Of a stretch of DNA of 55,500 nt, positions 16,978 to 25,769 are shown one piece after another; position 1 is the first letter of the stretch; each line of letters starts with the position of its first letter. This DNA is from an uncultured Gemmatimonadaceae bacterium (lineage in GTDB: Bacteria; Gemmatimonadota; Gemmatimonadetes; Longimicrobiales; RSA9), in assembly GCA_964605205.1 (NCBI GenBank), contig CAZSBL010000004.1, forward strand, positions 1-55,500. Reading direction: 5' to 3'. Both the position numbers and the translations under genes were made by a program. The notes under the pieces were generated by a model. That model did no database searches. It had not been told where the DNA came from and saw nothing but the letters and a program-made list of their open reading frames with translations.

Positions 16978-17510
16978 CAGGCCCGTACCTTCCGCCATAG
17001 CGAGGCGAGGGCGGGTCGGACCGCAAAATGGGCGGCAGCGGATAGGGCGGCGGCGACGGACGCGGCGATCGACGGCAGCACCGAGCCGAAGACGAATGTC
17101 ATGCCCAGTACGAACCCGAAAACGTACTCCGCCCGGTAGACCGGAAGAACGACGCCGGAGGCCAGTGCCCCGAAGAAGATACCCGAGGAGACCGACTCGT
17201 ACCCCGCTGCGAATGACGCGGAGAGCGCGATTCCGACCAGCACCGCACCTGCAAACCCCGCCATGGCCCTGGCTGCAGCGCCTTCGTTGGCTCGGGCACG
17301 CCTGGCGACCACGCGGGACGCCAGCCAGCCCAGCGCGGGAAGGATCAGCAGACCCCACCAGTTGGAAATCGCCGGCAGGTCATCACGTGCAAGCAGGTGG
17401 TGGCTCCCGACGCCCCCGTGCGCGATTTCCCACCCGAGATGGAGTGCGGCTGCCAGGAAGGCGAGGCCCAGCCCATAGGGCAGAAGGCCGTGGGTCTTTC
17501 GGTTTGCCAT
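16977..17510 (-). CDS. Hypothetical integral membrane protein
   Basis: AGGAG RBS; multiple TM segments; HHLLARDDLPAISNWWG and LPVYRAEY motifs. Confidence 0.8.
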   Translation of the reverse strand: MANRKTHGLLPYGLGLAFLAAALHLGWEIAHGGVGSHHLLARDDLPAISNWWGLLILPALGWLASRVVARRARANEGAAARAMAGFAGAVLVGIALSASFAAGYESVSSGIFFGALASGVVLPVYRAEYVFGFVLGMTFVFGSVLPSIAASVAAALSAAAHFAVRPALASLWRKVRA

Positions 17511-17719
17511 GATCACTCCTCGGACCGGAGCGAGAGGTCGCCCCTTGCGCTCGACCTTCGCTGGTGACGATACGCCCCCCGGGCTGATCAGCCAAGCGGT
17601 TCAACCCCCTGGCGCTGCCATTTGCGCGGCGCTGTGGCGGGGCGTTAGCGTGGGCTCGTACTCCCGATGGGACCCCACTCCAGCCGCCGGCCGGATCGAG
17701 GCCGAGGGAGGAAGCCGTC

Positions 17720-18949
17720 ATGAGTCGAGACCGTTGCGTTGGACCCGGCCGCCTGCACGCCGTCTTTCTCCTTACCGTCCTGGGGCTGGCCGCGTGCGGT
17801 GGGGATGCCGCCGACATGGCGCCCCGGGTCCTGGACGCGGCCGACGTCCGGGTGCTTGGCGGCTCGGACTCGGTGGCGGTGGTCCGTGACCTGGCGGTGC
17901 TGCCCGACGGCCGGGTGTGGGTCCAGAACTCCGTGGAGCCCCTCTTCGTCGGGTTCGACGCCGCGGGGCGGGTGACGGCGACGCGGGGGCGCCGGGGAGG
18001 CGGCCCGGAGGAGTTTCGGCTGCCGTCGGGGTTCGTGGTGGGCGGCGAGACGGCGTGGACATTCGACTCTCCGCGGCACGCGCTGATCCGGGTCGACGCC
18101 GACAGCCTGGTGGTGGTGCCGCTCCCCCGCGATGCGATCCCCCGGGGCAGCGTCACGCCCGGCGACGTCCTGTCGTTCGGGGCGCTGCGGACGGCGTGGC
18201 TTGGCGACGAGGTGGTCCTGCCCCGTCGTCGCACCCGGGACGATCTCCCGGCCACGCGCTACTGGACCACGATCTGGGACGCGGAGCTGGTGGCGCTGGA
18301 TCCGGCCACGGCGGCGGTCCGGACGCTCGTCTCACTGCCCGACGCCCTGGGCGACCTCGACGCCCACTTCGACGCGCTGAGCCCCGGTTTCCCGCCGTTC
18401 CCCCTCTGGGTCCGGCTCTGGACCGTATGCGGCGACGAGGTCCGGCTCCACGACTTCCGGCGGAACCGGGTGCGCGTCTTCTCCGCCGACGGCACGGAGC
18501 GCGACCCGATCCCCCTCCCGCCGCCGCCTCTCGGCGAGGTGACGCCTCGCCAGTTCGTGCGGGTGGCGTTCGACCTCATCGCCGCCGAGCAGGCCGGCGC
18601 GGTGCGGGAAGGGATGGGTGCCATGTCACCGGCGGACAGCGCCCGGCTCATCGAGGCCGCCGCGTCGCGGATCGACGCCGGCCCCGACCGCCTCGGCGGG
18701 GTCCTGCCCGGCTACGTGGACCTCCGCTGCGACGACGCCGGGGCCGTCTGGCTCCGGCCCCTGGACGTGGAGCGGGGTGGGCTCCACGGCGGCCCCATGT
18801 GGATCCGCGTGACCGCCGACGGTCGGGCCCGCACCGTCCGGTTCCCGGACCGCTTCGACCCCTACCGATTCACCGGCGACCGCGCCTGGGGCGTCCTGCG
18901 GAACGAGCTCGACGTGGCCGCCATCGCCTGGATCTCCCTGGACGGGTAG
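17720..18949 (+). CDS. Lipoprotein, probable beta-propeller (NHL/6-bladed-like)
   Basis: GGGAGG RBS; lipobox LAAC-GG; GRRGGGPEEF motif and C-terminal WGVLRNELDV typical of such propellers. Confidence 0.75.
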   Translation: MSRDRCVGPGRLHAVFLLTVLGLAACGGDAADMAPRVLDAADVRVLGGSDSVAVVRDLAVLPDGRVWVQNSVEPLFVGFDAAGRVTATRGRRGGGPEEFRLPSGFVVGGETAWTFDSPRHALIRVDADSLVVVPLPRDAIPRGSVTPGDVLSFGALRTAWLGDEVVLPRRRTRDDLPATRYWTTIWDAELVALDPATAAVRTLVSLPDALGDLDAHFDALSPGFPPFPLWVRLWTVCGDEVRLHDFRRNRVRVFSADGTERDPIPLPPPPLGEVTPRQFVRVAFDLIAAEQAGAVREGMGAMSPADSARLIEAAASRIDAGPDRLGGVLPGYVDLRCDDAGAVWLRPLDVERGGLHGGPMWIRVTADGRARTVRFPDRFDPYRFTGDRAWGVLRNELDVAAIAWISLDG

Positions 18950-19148
18950 CCCCCGGACCCCGAACTCGCCAGAAAAGGAAGGGGCCAGGCACCGGCAAGC
19001 CCGCCCCGCCGCAACCACCCCTCATCCCCTCATCGGGGTGCGAAGCGAAGGGGGCCACCCGCCGGCGAGTCTGCCCCGCCCGGATCGCCCCCCATCGCCG
19101 TCCACCGGCGACTCCGCCGGCTCTGCCGGCTGGCCCCTCTGCCGCCGA

Positions 19149-20906
19149 CTACCGGTCCGTATCAGCCCCCGCGCCCGCCACGGCCAGGGGGATATCCCCG
19201 AGCCCGGAGAACTGCGGGTTCTGGCGCCCGTCGGTGGCATCGCGGACGCCGCCCTTCACGTAGGTGGCGACCTCGACGAAGGTGACGATCCCGTTGCCGT
19301 CGGCGTCGGCGTCGCCGTTGAGTCCCTGGAGGATGTGGTGGGTGAAGACGCCGTGGCCGCCGGCCCAGCGAGCGTCCTCGAAGCTGAGCTCGTTGACGTC
19401 TGCGGCGGTGAGGGTGAGCCGGCGGGACGGGGTGAACAGGTCATTGAAGGAGCCACCGATGGGGTTGCCATCGATGGGGATGTCGGACTCGCCGGTGCCG
19501 GCGGAGTGGCAGGCGTCGGCGATGACCACCACGCGCTCGGCGGAGATCTGCCGCCGGAGCGCGGTCTTCACGTCCCACATGGGGAACCCGGTGGCCGCCA
19601 GCGCGTCGACGTCGGTGTCCACGGGGAAGAGGTAGAGGTTGTCGGGGCGGTCCGGGTCGGGGGCGCCGTGGCCGGCGAAGTATATGACCACGAGATCGTC
19701 CCAGTCGGCCTGCTGGAGGAAGACGAACATGGCCTCGCGCATGGCGGCGCCGGTGGCCTGCTCGTCGGTGAGCAGGAGGATGTGGTCCTCCTCGAACGGG
19801 CCGGCGGCGTCGGAGCGGAGGAAGTCGTGGATGGCGCGGGCGTCGTCATCGGCGTACTCGAGGTCGGGGATGAGCCCGTCGTCGTACTCGCCGATCCCGA
19901 TGACCACGGCCCAGCGCTCGTCGATCCGGGGCGACGCGAATGCGGTGCGGGTGTTCCCCTGGCCGTCGCGGGCGACGATCCGGACGGAGTCACGGTCCAG
20001 CGCCAGCGGCGTCCGGGCGACGAACCGCGAGGCCGGGCCCCGGGTGATCCCCAGCCGCTGGGCGTCGGCGGCGCTCAGCCGCTCGAGGGAGACGGGCTCG
20101 CCCTCCACCTCCACGGCCACATCGCTGCCGATGACCACGCCCTCGATCTCCACCAGGTTCGTGGCGTTCTGCCGGGCCTCGTGCTCGGTGCGGGAGATGA
20201 CGCCGATCCCCCGGGTGGCCATCTCGCTGTCTTCCATCGGCTCGACCCGGGTGCCGAGGATGGCGAGCCCGGGACCGCCGGTGCCGGCCTGGCCCACGGA
20301 CTCCTCCACGGAGCCGGGGTCGGGCTCGAAGTAGCCGCGGCCGGTCCAGCCGTTGGCCTCCCAGTCATTGACGATGCCGCCGAGGAAGCCGGTCTCGTTG
20401 ATGACCTCCTCGGTGGCGGCCCGGAGCGCGCCGTTCCGGGCGGCCTGGTCCGTGGCCTCGAGCTCGCGGCCGGCGCCGGTCGCGGTGGCCACCACGTTGC
20501 CCTGGTCGAGCCGGAGCGCCCGGAGCCGGACCTCGCCGGTGCCGGTCACCAGCGTACCCGAGATGGGGTCGGGGCTCGTGCCCCAGTCGGCCTGGCCCAG
20601 GATCAGGACCTGGGCGCCGAAATCGCGCCCGAGGCGGACGGCCGCGCCCTCGTCGCCGGCGAGCGCCGCCTGGACCAGCTCCCGCTGCGCGGCCGTGTGG
20701 GCCAGCGCCGGGTCCACCAGCGGGAACCCGGCCTCTACCAGGAAGGAGGTGAGCTCGCCCACGGTCACGCCCGCGCTCCCGTCCTCGGGCACGAACACCA
20801 GCGTGCGAGGCAGCTCGCTCTCGAATCGGATCTCCTGGGCGGCCACCGGCGTCGCGATGGTGCAGACGACGGCGATCAGCAGCCCCAGCGTTGCCATGCG
20901 GTTCAT
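19149..20906 (-). CDS. Exported protein, FlgT/CsgG-like N-terminus plus C-terminal peptidase C14 (metacaspase-like)
   Basis: Signal peptide; AVRLGRDFGAQVLILG; RWAVVIGIGEY, FAGHG, ADACHSAG, GHGVFT, DADGNGIVT. Confidence 0.88.
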   Translation of the reverse strand: MNRMATLGLLIAVVCTIATPVAAQEIRFESELPRTLVFVPEDGSAGVTVGELTSFLVEAGFPLVDPALAHTAAQRELVQAALAGDEGAAVRLGRDFGAQVLILGQADWGTSPDPISGTLVTGTGEVRLRALRLDQGNVVATATGAGRELEATDQAARNGALRAATEEVINETGFLGGIVNDWEANGWTGRGYFEPDPGSVEESVGQAGTGGPGLAILGTRVEPMEDSEMATRGIGVISRTEHEARQNATNLVEIEGVVIGSDVAVEVEGEPVSLERLSAADAQRLGITRGPASRFVARTPLALDRDSVRIVARDGQGNTRTAFASPRIDERWAVVIGIGEYDDGLIPDLEYADDDARAIHDFLRSDAAGPFEEDHILLLTDEQATGAAMREAMFVFLQQADWDDLVVIYFAGHGAPDPDRPDNLYLFPVDTDVDALAATGFPMWDVKTALRRQISAERVVVIADACHSAGTGESDIPIDGNPIGGSFNDLFTPSRRLTLTAADVNELSFEDARWAGGHGVFTHHILQGLNGDADADGNGIVTFVEVATYVKGGVRDATDGRQNPQFSGLGDIPLAVAGAGADTDR

Positions 20907-21574
20907 CGGCTTCCTCCTTCCACTCGCTCGAGAGCCGCGGCCGCGGCCTCGTGCCGTGGGAACAGCTCCAGTGCTCTGCGATACATCTCCGCGGCCCGGC
21001 CCTCGAGCCCCTGCTCCTCGTAGGCCAGACCCCGGGAATAGGCCAGGATCGCCTCGACGGGCGGCTCCGCGACGTGGCCGGCCACCCGGGCGGGCAGCTC
21101 GATCCCGTCGAGGAAGTCGTCGGTCAGCGCGGTGACCAGGTCGAGCATGGCGTCGCGCCGGCCCTGCTGCCGGCTCGCCTTCTCCACCGTGCCGCTGGCG
21201 GCGTCGAGCAGGCGCAGGTCGATCCGGACCCGCTCCGGCTCCAGCGCCACCGTCCCGATCACCAGGTAATCCGCGCCCAGCACCCGGGCCAGCTCCACCG
21301 CCCGGCTCTCGTCCATCCGGCCCGAGAGCGCCAGCTGCCGCGTCTGGATCAGCTGCTCGATCTGCTGCCGGTCCACCACCTTCACCACCGGCCGATCCGC
21401 CAGCTCTGTGGTGATCATCGACGCCAGACCACGCCCCACCGCGTCCGCGTCCTCACCCGTCAGACTGAAAACGTTGAAGTCGAACACGGCGATAGTCGGC
21501 ACCCGGGCGTCCTGCGCCGCCGCCGCCACTGGCAGCAGCGCCATGACCAGAGCCAGCACAAAACGTCGAACCAC
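20903..21574 (-). CDS. Exported CsgG/FlgO-like domain plus TPR protein
   Basis: GGAGG then GTG; signal peptide ending AAAQ; IAVFDF, VVDRQQI, ARVLGADYLVIG, C-terminal YRRALELFP TPR; ATGA overlap with the caspase gene. Confidence 0.8.
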   Translation of the reverse strand: MVRRFVLALVMALLPVAAAAQDARVPTIAVFDFNVFSLTGEDADAVGRGLASMITTELADRPVVKVVDRQQIEQLIQTRQLALSGRMDESRAVELARVLGADYLVIGTVALEPERVRIDLRLLDAASGTVEKASRQQGRRDAMLDLVTALTDDFLDGIELPARVAGHVAEPPVEAILAYSRGLAYEEQGLEGRAAEMYRRALELFPRHEAAAAALERVEGGSR

Positions 21575-21714
21575 GGGAACCTCCGCGCGAATCGCGTACC
21601 AGGGAGAGGGGAAAGCGCCCAAACAGGCAGAGCCTAAGTTAAGGTGCCGACGCGGATGGGAAAAGAAGATCGGCTCTTCGACACCTCGAGTGGGTCGTGG
21701 GCTCCGGAGGCACC

Positions 21715-21987
21715 GTCAACCGCGGAGCCGCGGAGGCGCGGAGCCCACGCGGAGAACTTCTTTTGAGTTTGATCCGGGCACGGCAGGTTGGGCGGCGGAA
21801 GACGCAAGCTCCGTGTGGCATCACGGAGGCCGGGTTCGGGTTCGCCCACACCAGCTGTCGCGGACGTTCTCCACCCGGAAAGGCAGCCTTGCCGGCCTCC
21901 CGCTGCTCCGCCGGCCGCGCTGCCTCACCGGAAAAGACAGAAAAAAACTCCGCGTATACTCCGCGTCTTTGCGCCTCCGCGGTTGAC
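21715..21987. repeat. MITE-like element bounded by 13-bp perfect inverted repeats with subterminal xxGCGGAG octamers
   Basis: GTCAACCGCGGAG at 21715-21727 and CTCCGCGGTTGAC at 21975-21987, with four octamer copies at each end. No target-site duplication seen. Confidence 0.65.
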
Positions 21988-22150
21988 CAGGCGCCCGCCC
22001 CGCCGCACACTCGGCAACCGCCCCGGCCCGTTTCACCCACACCAGCTGTCGAAGACCCAGAAGATCTGAGAACTCAGAATTGAACGGTTCTTGCCCTATG
22101 ACATTCCCGTGGCCAAGCTACGGGCGAACCGATGACGGGGAGGAGCCAGC

Positions 22151-22372
22151 ATGAAGGTGACGATCGAATATTGCGGGATGTGAAACTACCTGCCGCGAGC
22201 CTCCAGGATGGAGGCACGGATCAAGGAAGCGTTCCCGGGTGCCGACGTTGAGCTGATAGAGGCGGGGGGTGGCGTTTTCGAGGTGGAGAAGGACGGAGAG
22301 CTGATCTACTCGAAGAAGCGGACCGGCCGCCACGCCGAGTGGGAGGATGTCCGGGACAGGCTGGCCGAGTGA
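22151..22372 (+). CDS. SelT/SelW/SelH (Rdx) family selenoprotein, CxxU motif
   Basis: AGGAG RBS; MKVTIEYCGM-UGA-NYLPRA..GGGVFEV..DGELIYSKKRTGRH. In-frame TGA at 22181-22183; absent from the ORF track. Confidence 0.92.
22193..22219 (+). promoter_or_regulatory. Bacterial SECIS hairpin
   Basis: GCCTCCA-GGA-TGGAGGC stem-loop (22199-22215) with a CCG/CGG lower stem; the G-initial loop begins 23 nt after the UGA. Confidence 0.75.
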
Positions 22373-22385
22373 GGAGAACGCAGTC

Positions 22386-23471
22386 ATGAGCAAGCGCATC
22401 GCCATAAGCACCGGCGGCGGAGACGCCCCGGGGTTGAACGCCGTAATCCGGGCCGTGGTGCTGTCCGCGGTGAACCGGGGTTGGGAGGTCTACGGGATCC
22501 GGAAGGGCTACGGCGGGCTGCTGGGCGAGGACGAGATCGTGCGGCTCGACTCCCAGTCGGTCCGGGGGATCACGCACGTGGGTGGCACGATCCTGGGCAC
22601 CACGAACCGGGGCAACCCCTTCGAGTGGCCGGTGGAGGACGAGGGCGGGGTGGTCAAGGTCATCGACCGGAGCGACGAGGTCATCGAAGCGTTCCGGCAG
22701 CACGAGTTCGACGCCATGGTGGCCATCGGCGGCGACGGCTCGCTCCATATCGCCAATGAGCTGTGGAAGAAGGGGCTCCCGGTGGTGGGCGTTCCGAAGA
22801 CCATCGACAACGACCTGGCGGCCACCCAGGTCACCTTCGGGTTCCATACCGCGGTGCAGACGGCTTCCGAGGCCCTCGACAAGCTGCACTCCACGGCCGA
22901 GAGCCACGAGCGGGTCATGGTGGTGGAGCTCATGGGCCGCCACACCGGCTGGATCGCCCTGTTCGCCGGCGTCAGCGCCACGGCCGACGTGATCCTGATC
23001 CCGGAACTGCCGTACGACATCGAGAAGGTCTGCGACAAGATCCACGATCGGGACGCCAGCGGCCGCCTCTTCTCCATCGTGGTGGCGGCCGAGGGCGCGA
23101 AGCCGAAGGAGGGCTCGGCGTCGTTCGCGGAAGAGGCGAAGCCCGGGGCCGAGGCCCGCTACGGCGGGATCGCCGAGCGGGTCGCCCGGGAGATCTCGGA
23201 GCGGACGGGCAAGGAGACGCGGTCGCTGGTGCTGGGCCACCTCCAGCGGGGCGGCTCGCCCATCGCCTACGACCGGCTCGTCGCCCTCCGCTTCGGCGCC
23301 GCCGCCGCCCGCTACGTGGCCGATGGCGCCTACGGCACCATGGTGGCGCTGGACCCGCCCGGGGTCCGGGCCGTGCCGCTGGTCGAGGCCACCCGCCGGA
23401 CCAAGTCCGTGCCGCTCGACTCGGACGTCGTCACGACGGCCCGGGACCTGGGCATCTCGTTCGGGGACTGA
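22386..23471 (+). CDS. pfkA: 6-phosphofructokinase (mixed-substrate group III type)
   Basis: TGGGDAPG, GGTILGT, GGDGS (Gly, ATP type) with PKTIDND (Lys), MGRHTGW, LGHLQRGG. Confidence 0.95.
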   Translation: MSKRIAISTGGGDAPGLNAVIRAVVLSAVNRGWEVYGIRKGYGGLLGEDEIVRLDSQSVRGITHVGGTILGTTNRGNPFEWPVEDEGGVVKVIDRSDEVIEAFRQHEFDAMVAIGGDGSLHIANELWKKGLPVVGVPKTIDNDLAATQVTFGFHTAVQTASEALDKLHSTAESHERVMVVELMGRHTGWIALFAGVSATADVILIPELPYDIEKVCDKIHDRDASGRLFSIVVAAEGAKPKEGSASFAEEAKPGAEARYGGIAERVAREISERTGKETRSLVLGHLQRGGSPIAYDRLVALRFGAAAARYVADGAYGTMVALDPPGVRAVPLVEATRRTKSVPLDSDVVTTARDLGISFGD

Positions 23472-23502
23472 GCCGGCGGCGGCCGTGCCGCTCCCGGCGC
23501 CG

Positions 23503-23847
23503 CTAGTTGAGTCGGACCTCCACGCTCGAGCCCTGCTCCAGCACCACGGTCCGGCGGACCGTGCGGGTGTCCTCTTCGTCGGTGGCGACGATGGTGACGG
23601 TGGTGCCCATGCCACCGTCGAAGACGAAGCGTGACTCGGACTCGGCGGCCACGGTGCCCAGGAGGCGGGTGGCGGCGCCATCATCGTAGGAGACGATCAT
23701 GGGGTGCGGCATCTCGTTGATCACGGTCACGGCGTAGCGGGCGCCGAGGTCGCTGTCCATGGACATGCCGGCGCAGGCGGCGGTGAGGGTGAGGATCGCC
23801 GCGAGGGCCGGGAGTCGGAGTCGTCGCATAAGGGCCTGCTCGATCAT
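23503..23847 (-). CDS. Hypothetical lipoprotein
   Basis: Lipobox TAAC-AG after a hydrophobic stretch; ATGA overlap with the SDR stop. Confidence 0.75.
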   Translation of the reverse strand: MIEQALMRRLRLPALAAILTLTAACAGMSMDSDLGARYAVTVINEMPHPMIVSYDDGAATRLLGTVAAESESRFVFDGGMGTTVTIVATDEEDTRTVRRTVVLEQGSSVEVRLN

Positions 23848-24554
23848 GGGGTCCATTCCAGGGCGCGGAACCGCTCGCCGGTCACGCCGGATTCGTCGCT
23901 GGCCAGCCAGAGGAACACGCCGGTGGCGTCCTCGGGCGGCGCGGGCTTCATCGGGTCCTCGTCGGGGTACGCCTCGCGGCGCATCTCGGTCCGCAGCCGG
24001 CCCGGGTCCACGATATTGACGCGGATCCCGGCGTCTTCTTCTTCCAGCGCCAGGTTCTTCGACAGCGCCTCCACGCCCCACTTGCTGATGGCGTAGGCGC
24101 CCCAGCGGGCCCGGGCGATGTTCCCGACGCCGCTGGACACGTTGATAATGGAGCCCCGGCCGGCCTCGCGCATCCCCGGCAGCACGGCCAGCGTGGGGAT
24201 CAGAGTGCCGGTGAGGTTCACCTCGAGGACCTGGCGCCAGTCTTCGACGAGGTGCTCGCGGAGCGGGACCCGGGGGCCGAGGACCGATGCGTTGTTGATC
24301 AGCGTGCTCACCGGGCCGAACCGCTCGGCGGCCCGGGCCACCAGCGCCGCCACGTCACCCTCATGGGAGACGTCCACGGCGCCCCACTCGACCTCGGTGG
24401 TGTCCCGGAGCTTCCCGGCCACTTCGGCCATGGCCTCTTCGCCCCGGGCGCAGAGGACCAGGCGCGCGCCGGCGCCGGCGAACGCTTCGGCCAGCGCCCG
24501 GCCGAGCCCCCGGGACGCGCCGGTGATGAAGACCGTCTGGGCGGAGAGCATCAT
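23844..24554 (-). CDS. Short-chain dehydrogenase/reductase
   Basis: TGASRGLG, NNAS, NVSSG, YAISK, RVNIVDPG. Confidence 0.93.
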   Translation of the reverse strand: MMLSAQTVFITGASRGLGRALAEAFAGAGARLVLCARGEEAMAEVAGKLRDTTEVEWGAVDVSHEGDVAALVARAAERFGPVSTLINNASVLGPRVPLREHLVEDWRQVLEVNLTGTLIPTLAVLPGMREAGRGSIINVSSGVGNIARARWGAYAISKWGVEALSKNLALEEEDAGIRVNIVDPGRLRTEMRREAYPDEDPMKPAPPEDATGVFLWLASDESGVTGERFRALEWTP

Positions 24555-24925
24555 TCCGAGCCGTCCTCGATGACCCGGTCGACGGCCCGCATCCGGACGC
24601 CGATCTGGTGGAGCCGGTGGCGGGTGGTGAGGACGTTGGCGTAGTCGAAGTAGGCGTTGACGGGGTCATCGGCGCCCACGTACTGCTCGAGGATCAGCGC
24701 GTCCATCCGCTCCTTGAGGTGGCCGAGGACGGCGTCGAGGGCGGCCAGGAGCCGGGCCTGCTCCGCCGGTCCATCCACGGAGATATCGCCCCGGAGCGGC
24801 AGCCGCTCGTCGAGGGCGGCCATGGCCTCCGGGGGCGCGGCCACGCCGCCGCCGACCTCGCCGCGGATCCGTTCGGCGGCGGAGTTCAGCGCGGTGACCT
24901 CTTCGTATGAGAGCTCCAGGATCAT
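24551..24925 (-). CDS. Hypothetical protein
   Basis: Normal codon usage; ATGA overlap with the SDR gene. Confidence 0.75.
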   Translation of the reverse strand: MILELSYEEVTALNSAAERIRGEVGGGVAAPPEAMAALDERLPLRGDISVDGPAEQARLLAALDAVLGHLKERMDALILEQYVGADDPVNAYFDYANVLTTRHRLHQIGVRMRAVDRVIEDGSE

Positions 24926-25003
24926 CCTTCTCGCGCGTCTCGGGTTCGGGTCCCTGCGCCCATTCCTGCGTTCACGATACGTGCCAGCCGCGCGGGGGTT
25001 CCG

Positions 25004-25762
25004 TCAATCACCGTCGCCGCCACCGGGGCCGGCGCCGAGCCAGTCCGCCAGCACCAGCCCGGCCAGGAGGTCGAGGATGGTGTGGGCGATCATGGACGGG
25101 TACACGCTGCCGGTGAGCAGGAACGGCGCGGTGAGGAGGAGCCCGAGGAGCACCACCCGGACCACCCCGACCATGCCCTGGTAGGCGTGGGTCACCGCGA
25201 ACGCGGCCACGCTGACCGTCACGGCTACCGCCATGCTGCCGGAGGCCTGGTGGAGCACGCCGATCAGGAAGCTGCGGAAGATCAGCTCCTCGGCGATCCC
25301 GGCGGAGACGGAGAGCCCGGCGAAGGCGATCTTCTCCGACGTGCTCCGGGGGATCAGGTAGTCGACCAGCTCGCTCTCGGAGATCCGGAGCGCCCGGCCC
25401 AGCGCCATGATCCCGAGTCCGCCGAGCACGGTGAGGGCGGCGGCGCCCAGCAGCACGGCCGGAGACATCATCTCGATCCGGAGGTCGGCGCGGGTCAGGT
25501 CGCCGTGGCGGGCCGCCAGCATGGCCAGGGCGGCCAGGACCCAGACGGAGAGGGCGGAGGAGAAGTAGACGCTCTCGCGCTCCGCGTCGTCCGGGAGCCG
25601 GATCAGGAGCCGGGCCTGGAGGATCATGAGCGCGGGGAGCGGGCCCAGCAGGAATGTGGTCAGCGTACGGGCGGGCCAGGCGATCCCGGCCAGGCTCCAC
25701 CAGATGACGAGGGTGGCCAGGAGCGTCAGGAGCCCGAGGACGTGGCCCAGCCGCCGGTTCAC
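25004..25762 (-). CDS. CPBP family intramembrane metalloprotease (Abi/CAAX protease-like)
   Basis: AGIAEELIFRS, FAVTH, AHTILD; multiple TM helices. Confidence 0.9.
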   Translation of the reverse strand: MNRRLGHVLGLLTLLATLVIWWSLAGIAWPARTLTTFLLGPLPALMILQARLLIRLPDDAERESVYFSSALSVWVLAALAMLAARHGDLTRADLRIEMMSPAVLLGAAALTVLGGLGIMALGRALRISESELVDYLIPRSTSEKIAFAGLSVSAGIAEELIFRSFLIGVLHQASGSMAVAVTVSVAAFAVTHAYQGMVGVVRVVLLGLLLTAPFLLTGSVYPSMIAHTILDLLAGLVLADWLGAGPGGGDGD

Positions 25763-25769
25763 GCCGCGC

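Noticed and set aside
17584-17650. Integron attC-like site (minus strand GCTAAC-GCCCC-GCCACAGC...GTTGAAC-CGCTTG-GCTGATC)
   Set aside because: One end resembles an attC core site, but the L boxes do not pair, the opposite end is not GTTRRRY, and there is no integrase. At most a decayed remnant.
22181-22183. TGA as a nonsense mutation or sequencing error
   Set aside because: It falls exactly at the second redox position of the Rdx CxxC/U motif and is followed by a bSECIS-like hairpin.
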